Assembly (NCBI GenBank): GCA_963737905.1
Contig: CAVTUQ010000045.1
Location: forward strand, 1 to 62,355
DNA length: 62,355 nucleotides
Direction: 5' to 3'
Source: an uncultured delta proteobacterium
Lineage (GTDB): Bacteria; Desulfobacterota; Binatia; UBA9968
The notes under the pieces are model-generated. The model was not told the origin of the DNA. It ran no database searches and worked only from the letters and a program-made list of their open reading frames with translations. The position numbers were made by a program, and so were the translations under genes. The first letter of the stretch is position 1. The number at the start of each line of letters is the position of its first letter. This document shows positions 57,262-62,355 of this stretch, one piece after another.

Positions 57262-58326
57262 ATGAAATCTTGCCTGGTGTCACTGATTTTTGCCTTCGGT
57301 CTTCTTTACATCGCATCGGGGTCTAGGGCTCAAACCGTGGAACCCAAGTTGGCCGCCCTGGAAAAACTCCCGCCGCAAGAGCGCCAGCAGCGACTGCTGG
57401 AAGCCGCCAAAAGCGAAGGTGAAGCGGTCATCTATGCCAACATGGATGTTGCGGCGATGAGGCCGCTCACCGAAGGATTCATGAAACGATATCCCGGTGT
57501 AAAGGCCGCCAGCGTTCATTTCTCCGGCGCCGCCATCATTACCCGCATCGACTCGGAAAGCCGGGCGGGAAGACCGCTATCGGACGTCGTTCTGAGCGGC
57601 CAGTTGGGCGTACTCGCGCTGATCGACAAGAAAGCCGCGGCGCGTTATCGCTCCCCCGAACGGGAATTCTACCGTGACGGTTTCAAGGACAAAGAGGGCC
57701 TGTGGACGGCATACATGACCAACGTCATGGTGAGCGCCTACAATACCCGACAGGTCAAGAAGGATGAGGCTCCCCGCGCGGTAGAAGATCTTTTGAAGCC
57801 GCGCTGGAAGGGTAAGCTAACGATGGACAGCCAGTCTTATGTCTGGTTCGGCACTATCCTTCAATATCTTGGAGAAGAGGCCGGGTTGCGCTTTATGAAG
57901 CGGTTGAACGAGCAGGATATCTCGCACCAGCGCGGACGGCGTCTCATGACGCAACTGGTGGCGGCGGGCGAGTTCGACATGGCGGTGGAAACCAATCTCA
58001 ACTCGGTGCTAACGTTAAGCAAACAAGGAGCCCCGCTGGGGTTTGCGCCCATTCAGCCTTACTTCTTGAGTCCGAGCCTGGTATTCATGAGCGCCAACGC
58101 GCCGCGGCCGTATACTGGGGCGCTATTCATCGACTATCTGCTCTCCGAGGAAGGGCAAAAAATTATCGTAACCACCAATCGCATGCCCGCCCATACGAGA
58201 GTTAAATCACCCGAGAGCCAGCTCCTCGAAGGCCAAGACGTGCGCATGCCCGACATTTTCGATATCGGAAAAAGATACCAGGCTCTCGGCAACCGTTACC
58301 GCGAGATTTTCGGAGGAGCGCATTAA
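57262..58326 (+). CDS. ABC substrate-binding protein (Fe3+/AfuA-like, SBP_bac_6)
   Basis: Signal peptide; AAKSEG, YNTRQV...P...EDLLKPRWKGK, LVAAGE, ALFIDYLLSEEGQ. Confidence 0.88.
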   Translation: MKSCLVSLIFAFGLLYIASGSRAQTVEPKLAALEKLPPQERQQRLLEAAKSEGEAVIYANMDVAAMRPLTEGFMKRYPGVKAASVHFSGAAIITRIDSESRAGRPLSDVVLSGQLGVLALIDKKAAARYRSPEREFYRDGFKDKEGLWTAYMTNVMVSAYNTRQVKKDEAPRAVEDLLKPRWKGKLTMDSQSYVWFGTILQYLGEEAGLRFMKRLNEQDISHQRGRRLMTQLVAAGEFDMAVETNLNSVLTLSKQGAPLGFAPIQPYFLSPSLVFMSANAPRPYTGALFIDYLLSEEGQKIIVTTNRMPAHTRVKSPESQLLEGQDVRMPDIFDIGKRYQALGNRYREIFGGAH

Positions 58327-58333
58327 CACTGAT

Positions 58334-58406
58334 GGTTCAAGCCGTTCAAGTCGTCTCGGGTTGATCGACGGTTTGAACGTTTTGAACGGCTTGAACGATT
58401 TGAACC
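58334..58406. repeat. Tandem nonamer palindrome (CGTTCAAGC / TTTGAACG family)
   Basis: GGTTCAAGC CGTTCAAGT ... TTTGAACGT TTTGAACGG CTTGAACGA TTTGAACC. Confidence 0.85.
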
Positions 58407-58444
58407 CCATACCCTGAATCATGTGGCCGAGAAAGGAAGTTTTT

Positions 58445-59425
58445 ATGACAAGCAAACCTCGTATTACTGTAGGTCTACCGGATCATCCTCGTTGCCGCGC
58501 AATGATCGACGGCAAAGTCGGCGTCGAAGGCTATGAACTGGACATCGACCCCAACTTCGTCTCGTCCGGCGAGCGACATTACAAATTTCTTCAGGGGGAA
58601 TGGGACGTCGGCGAGGTTTCCGCTGCGAGTCTCTGGCGGGCCATTGAAAAGAAGCAGCCGTTCGTCGCCATTCCCGTTTTCTTCGAACGCGGACCCCGGC
58701 AGAGAAATATCTATCATTGCGAAGGCAAACTGAATCATCCCTCCGAGCTTAAAGGAAAAAAATTCGGCTGCTTCCGTTACGGGGCGACGGCCGTGGTATG
58801 GGCACGCGGTTATCTTTTGGATGCCCACAACATTAAAACCACCGACATGCAGTGGTTTGTCTCTGGCCGAGAGGTCTACATTGGCCATGAGCTGCCGGTA
58901 AAAGTCGAGCGCATTAACCCGCCACCACCCTTTGGCCAGGAAAAGCTTCAGCTATCCCAAATGTTAAGCGAGGGTATTCTTCATGGCGCCATTGTCCCAG
59001 GCGATTCAGGATATCTGGGATTGTTCGGCGGAGGATCGACGCCGCCCATGATGGCGAAATATGCGGGCGTACAGCCGCTCTTCAATGACGCGGAGGAAAT
59101 TATCCGCCACACGAGGCAAACCGGAATTAATCCCATCATTCACATCCTCGGGTTGAAACGGGAGATCGTGGAGAAGTATCCCGACTTTCCGGGAAAGTTG
59201 ATTAGGGCTTTTAAAGAAGCGAAGGAACTCGCCAAAGAATATATGAGCCCGGACGAGATTGAAGGTTATCGAAAGGAAGCCGCCGTATTAGGTGAGGATC
59301 CGTACACCTACACGATGGGCGAAGCGGAAAAACGGACACTGAAGGCTTTGAACCGATACCAAATCGAACAGGGACTCATGCGCGAAGAGTTACCGCTGGA
59401 GAGTGTTTTTGCCCGGTTGAACTAA
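58445..59425 (+). CDS. 4,5-dihydroxyphthalate decarboxylase-like protein (type II PBP fold)
   Basis: WDVGEVS, FVAIPVF..R, P.ELKGK..G...Y..TAVVWARG.L, PIIH, EDPY.Y, YQIEQGL; start ATG 58445. Confidence 0.75.
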   Translation: MTSKPRITVGLPDHPRCRAMIDGKVGVEGYELDIDPNFVSSGERHYKFLQGEWDVGEVSAASLWRAIEKKQPFVAIPVFFERGPRQRNIYHCEGKLNHPSELKGKKFGCFRYGATAVVWARGYLLDAHNIKTTDMQWFVSGREVYIGHELPVKVERINPPPPFGQEKLQLSQMLSEGILHGAIVPGDSGYLGLFGGGSTPPMMAKYAGVQPLFNDAEEIIRHTRQTGINPIIHILGLKREIVEKYPDFPGKLIRAFKEAKELAKEYMSPDEIEGYRKEAAVLGEDPYTYTMGEAEKRTLKALNRYQIEQGLMREELPLESVFARLN

Positions 59426-59457
59426 TTCGGTGGAAACAACCGATTAGAGAAATAATA

Positions 59458-60447
59458 ATGCTCTCAGTCTTTTTCCTGCTGTTGGTGTGGTTACTGCCAG
59501 CACGTTTTGTTATGGCGGCGACGATCGAGGAGTCCGCTAGAGCCGAGGCTGAAGTCGTTCTTTACAGCTCGTTGAACAACGAGCAGATCGTCACCCTTGT
59601 CGAAGCCTTCAAGAAAAAATATCCGTTTATCAAACCGTCCTTCTACCGCGGGACGAGCGAGCGGGTTCTGCAACGCGCCATAACGGAAGCAAAGGCGGGT
59701 CGGTTTGCGGTGGATGTTCTCACCTCCGCCGGCTTTCAGGTACAGCTCATGAAGGAGGCCGGCCTCACTCAGAGGTTTGTTCCTTTGGAAGCAAACGCTT
59801 ACGACGATGGATTCAAAGACCCGGACGGCCATTGGGTAAATGTCCATTCCCTGCTCAATACCATGGGCTACAATACCGAGCTGGTGCGGCCGGGAGATGC
59901 GCCAAAAAAATACGAAGACCTGCTCGCGCCGAAGTGGAGGGGAAGAATCGGCGTCAATCTCCAGGATCCGGAGTGGTATGTGAACCTGCAGCGGCGCATG
60001 GGAAAGGAGAAAGCCAGAGGATTTCTCAAAGCCATCGCTGCCCAGCAACCCGGCTTGCGCGACGGCCATAATATCACCGCCCAGCTTCTCGCTGCCGGCG
60101 AATTTCATGTGGTGACGAACACCTACGCGCACATTCTGGCGCGTATCAAAGGGCAAGGCGGTCCCGTCCAATATGTCTTTGATGAGCCGGTGATCACTTA
60201 TGTCCATCCGGCCGCTTTGGCCAAGGCTGCTCCTCATCCCAACGCCGGCAAACTACTCATGAGCTTCATTCTTTCCGCCGACGGCCAGAAAATGCTGCGC
60301 GACCAGGGAAGAATCCCCGCCCACCGCGACATCGATCCAAAAGTATTCTCGCTGCGGCAGGTCAAGCTCCTCGCCAGTGATCCGGGTTTGGCGAAAGAAT
60401 ATGGACCGGCGGGCGAAGAAATGCGGGCAATCTTCGGCGCGCGATAA
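59458..60447 (+). CDS. ABC substrate-binding protein (Fe3+/AfuA-like, SBP_bac_6)
   Basis: Signal peptide; YSSL, YNTELV...APKKYEDLLAPKWRG, LLAAGE, APHPNAGKL...LS.DGQ. Confidence 0.88.
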   Translation: MLSVFFLLLVWLLPARFVMAATIEESARAEAEVVLYSSLNNEQIVTLVEAFKKKYPFIKPSFYRGTSERVLQRAITEAKAGRFAVDVLTSAGFQVQLMKEAGLTQRFVPLEANAYDDGFKDPDGHWVNVHSLLNTMGYNTELVRPGDAPKKYEDLLAPKWRGRIGVNLQDPEWYVNLQRRMGKEKARGFLKAIAAQQPGLRDGHNITAQLLAAGEFHVVTNTYAHILARIKGQGGPVQYVFDEPVITYVHPAALAKAAPHPNAGKLLMSFILSADGQKMLRDQGRIPAHRDIDPKVFSLRQVKLLASDPGLAKEYGPAGEEMRAIFGAR

Positions 60448-60454
60448 CGGCGAG

Positions 60455-60537
60455 GGTTCAAAGCGTTCAAGCAGTTCAAATCGTTCAAATCGATTTCTGA
60501 CGGCTTGAACGACTGGAACGTTTTGAACGGCTTGAAC
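60455..60537. repeat. Tandem nonamer palindrome, second copy
   Basis: GGTTCAAAG CGTTCAAGC AGTTCAAAT CGTTCAAAT ... CTTGAACGA CTGGAACGT TTTGAACGG CTTGAAC. Confidence 0.85.
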
Positions 60538-60567
60538 TGTGCAAATGCATAAGAGGCTTATCTAACT

Positions 60568-62355
60568 ATGAGTCTATTCCCGGCCCAACGCGCCACCCCC
60601 CTACCCGGCGGCTACATGGGCAAAATCTTACGCGTTGACCTTACCAGGGGGTCGCTCGGCGATGAGAATCTGCCCGAAGAGCCCATCTTGAAAAAATTCA
60701 TCGGTGGGCAGGCATTGGCGACTTACATCCTGTTGAAGGAATTATCCCTGGACGCCACATCGTTTGGGCCGGAGAATATCGTCGTTATGATGACCGGCCC
60801 GCTCACGGGCAACGGCTTCACCCCCGGCGGCACCAAGATGACCGCCGTGTATTTGAGCCCACTCACCCACAGGACGCTCGGACGCGGGGCGACAAGCGGT
60901 TTTTGGGCAACCTATCTCAAAGCGGCAGGATACGACGGCATCATCCTCACCGGCGCTTCTCCCAAGCCCGTTTATCTTTACATCGACGAAGGCAAGGCTG
61001 AGCTGCGTGACGCCGCGAATTTCTGGGGCCTCGGCACGCGCGCGACGGAGGATCGTTTGCGCGAAGCGGTGGGACACCAGGAAGCAAGAGTTCTCTGCAT
61101 CGGACCCGCCGGCGAAAACCTGAATCGCGCCGCCATGCTCGCCAACGACTACAATCACTTTGCTGCCCACAGCGGCGGCGCGGTTTTGGGATCGAAGAAG
61201 CTCAAGGCCATCGTGGTTCACGGCACAAGACGGCCGAGTTTTCGTGATAAGGCGAAGTTGGTCGACGCCGGCTGGCGCTGGCGCACAACGTTGCAACAGC
61301 ACGATGTGAAAAAGAAAAAAACCAAGTACGGGCATGGAGAAGCCTGGGGCGCGTTGAATAATCTAAACTGGCGCAGCACCGAGCTATCGCCCGCACACAT
61401 TCACGGTTTCGGCGAGAATGATGTGGTTCTCCGGCCTTGCTTTCAATGCGCCCGCATGTGCCCTTGGGACGCAAAACTCGGCGAGGGCGAATTCAAAGGA
61501 ACCGTCGTTCACTTCAACGCCGGCGGCGAGTGGCTCGATACTTTTTTCAATCTCGGGATCAAAGGCAACGCCGTTTTGTACCTCGCGGAGAAGATCAACA
61601 ATCTCGGCATCGAGTGCAGCCACTTCTCCTGCGGCGCCGGCGTCGCATTCGAGGCCTGGGAAAAGGGACTCCTCGGTCCTGAGAAGACCAATGGCTTGAA
61701 GCTCGAATGGGGCAACGTCGAAGCGGTCGGCAAGCTCCTCGACATGGCAGCGCAGCGCGAAGGTTGGCTCGGCAACCTGCTGGCGGAGGGTCCTAAACAG
61801 CTCGCCGAAGCTATTGGCGGCGACGCGCCGAACTGGGCTGTGCACACGAAAGGCGGGACGCCGGCCATGCATGAGTGGCGTCCGATGCTCGGTCAAATGC
61901 TGCGCGAGCTGGTGGCCAGCGGCGGCATGAAGCCCCAGGGCGGCGGTTCGACTAAACCGCCTCCCGATCTGCGCTATCGCGAAAACTGGGGCCCGCTCAG
62001 TGCCGACAACCCCGATGGCTGGGCCTGGTCCCATGTTCTGTCTGAGCAGTACCGCCAGTTCACCGGCATCTTCGGCGGCTGCTGGTTCGCGCAGATGAAC
62101 CAAAAGCCGGATGGATTGAACAGCATCGTCGATGCATTCAACGCCATCACCGGCTGGAAGTTCACTTTGGATGAAGCCCTCGAAGCCGGCCATCGCAGTA
62201 TGATTCTCCAGAGCGTCTTCGGCACCCAGCGCGGCTGGATCGCCGACTTCGACTGGCAAGACGTCGGCCCCAGATTTCTAGAGCCCATCCCGGATGGCAA
62301 ATACAAAGGCTTCACCATCGCCAGGTGGCTGCCGGATCTTATCTTCGAATACTAC
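60568..62355 (+). CDS. Aldehyde:ferredoxin oxidoreductase (AOR/WOR family), truncated by the window end; absent from the ORF track
   Basis: Translated by hand from ATG 60568: GGYMGKILRVDLT, FIGG, TGPLTG, SPLT, LKAAGYDGII, CIGPAGEN, GAVLGSKKLKAIVV, CFQCARMC (4Fe-4S), REGWLGNLLAEG, GGCWF. I saw no stop before the window end. Confidence 0.92.
   Translation, partial: MSLFPAQRATPLPGGYMGKILRVDLTRGSLGDENLPEEPILKKFIGGQALATYILLKELSLDATSFGPENIVVMMTGPLTGNGFTPGGTKMTAVYLSPLTHRTLGRGATSGFWATYLKAAGYDGIILTGASPKPVYLYIDEGKAELRDAANFWGLGTRATEDRLREAVGHQEARVLCIGPAGENLNRAAMLANDYNHFAAHSGGAVLGSKKLKAIVVHGTRRPSFRDKAKLVDAGWRWRTTLQQHDVKKKKTKYGHGEAWGALNNLNWRSTELSPAHIHGFGENDVVLRPCFQCARMCPWDAKLGEGEFKGTVVHFNAGGEWLDTFFNLGIKGNAVLYLAEKINNLGIECSHFSCGAGVAFEAWEKGLLGPEKTNGLKLEWGNVEAVGKLLDMAAQREGWLGNLLAEGPKQLAEAIGGDAPNWAVHTKGGTPAMHEWRPMLGQMLRELVASGGMKPQGGGSTKPPPDLRYRENWGPLSADNPDGWAWSHVLSEQYRQFTGIFGGCWFAQMNQKPDGLNSIVDAFNAITGWKFTLDEALEAGHRSMILQSVFGTQRGWIADFDWQDVGPRFLEPIPDGKYKGFTIARWLPDLIFEYY

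Noticed and set aside
791-60537. Short tandem arrays considered as CRISPR
   Set aside because: Units are 7-9 nt, with no 25-40 nt repeats separated by unique spacers and no cas genes.

Overview
This is a gene-dense, GC-rich bacterial chromosomal segment. The gene content (many orphan solute-binding proteins, amidohydrolase/cupin/EutA-like genes) and the repeat style suggest a Candidatus Binatia-like deltaproteobacterium; this is an inference. I saw no rRNA, tRNA, CRISPR array, integrase or transposase. Main blocks: (1) an EutA-like gene and an MBL-fold gene; (2) a ~13 kb uncharacterised DUF4175-like/TPR-peptidase/MoxR/DUF58/BatA-vWA/DUF4159/GATase-like envelope operon, with an orphan gene between moxR and DUF58; (3) nadX, a TPP enzyme and an MFS transporter; (4) an A1-type heme-copper (aa3) oxidase operon with ctaA/ctaB, two subunit III genes, unannotated small membrane proteins and putative Cu-handling neighbours; (5) an SBP/Zn-dehydrogenase/amidohydrolase/SDR catabolic operon; (6) Mrp, SufT and Memo; (7) an OmpA-like gene, plsY and a cupin; (8) a four-gene biotin-dependent Na+-translocating acyl-CoA decarboxylase with non-canonical active-site motifs; (9) an HTH plus multi-GAF kinase cascade behind a sigma54-type promoter; (10) a moeA pair, orphan SBPs and a tungsten-type aldehyde:ferredoxin oxidoreductase that runs off the window end. 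Intergenic DNA carries several families of tandem 7/9-mer palindromes and two copies of a ~125 bp MITE-like element that shows compensatory stem changes. At least three single-site frameshifts are visible and may be sequencing errors.
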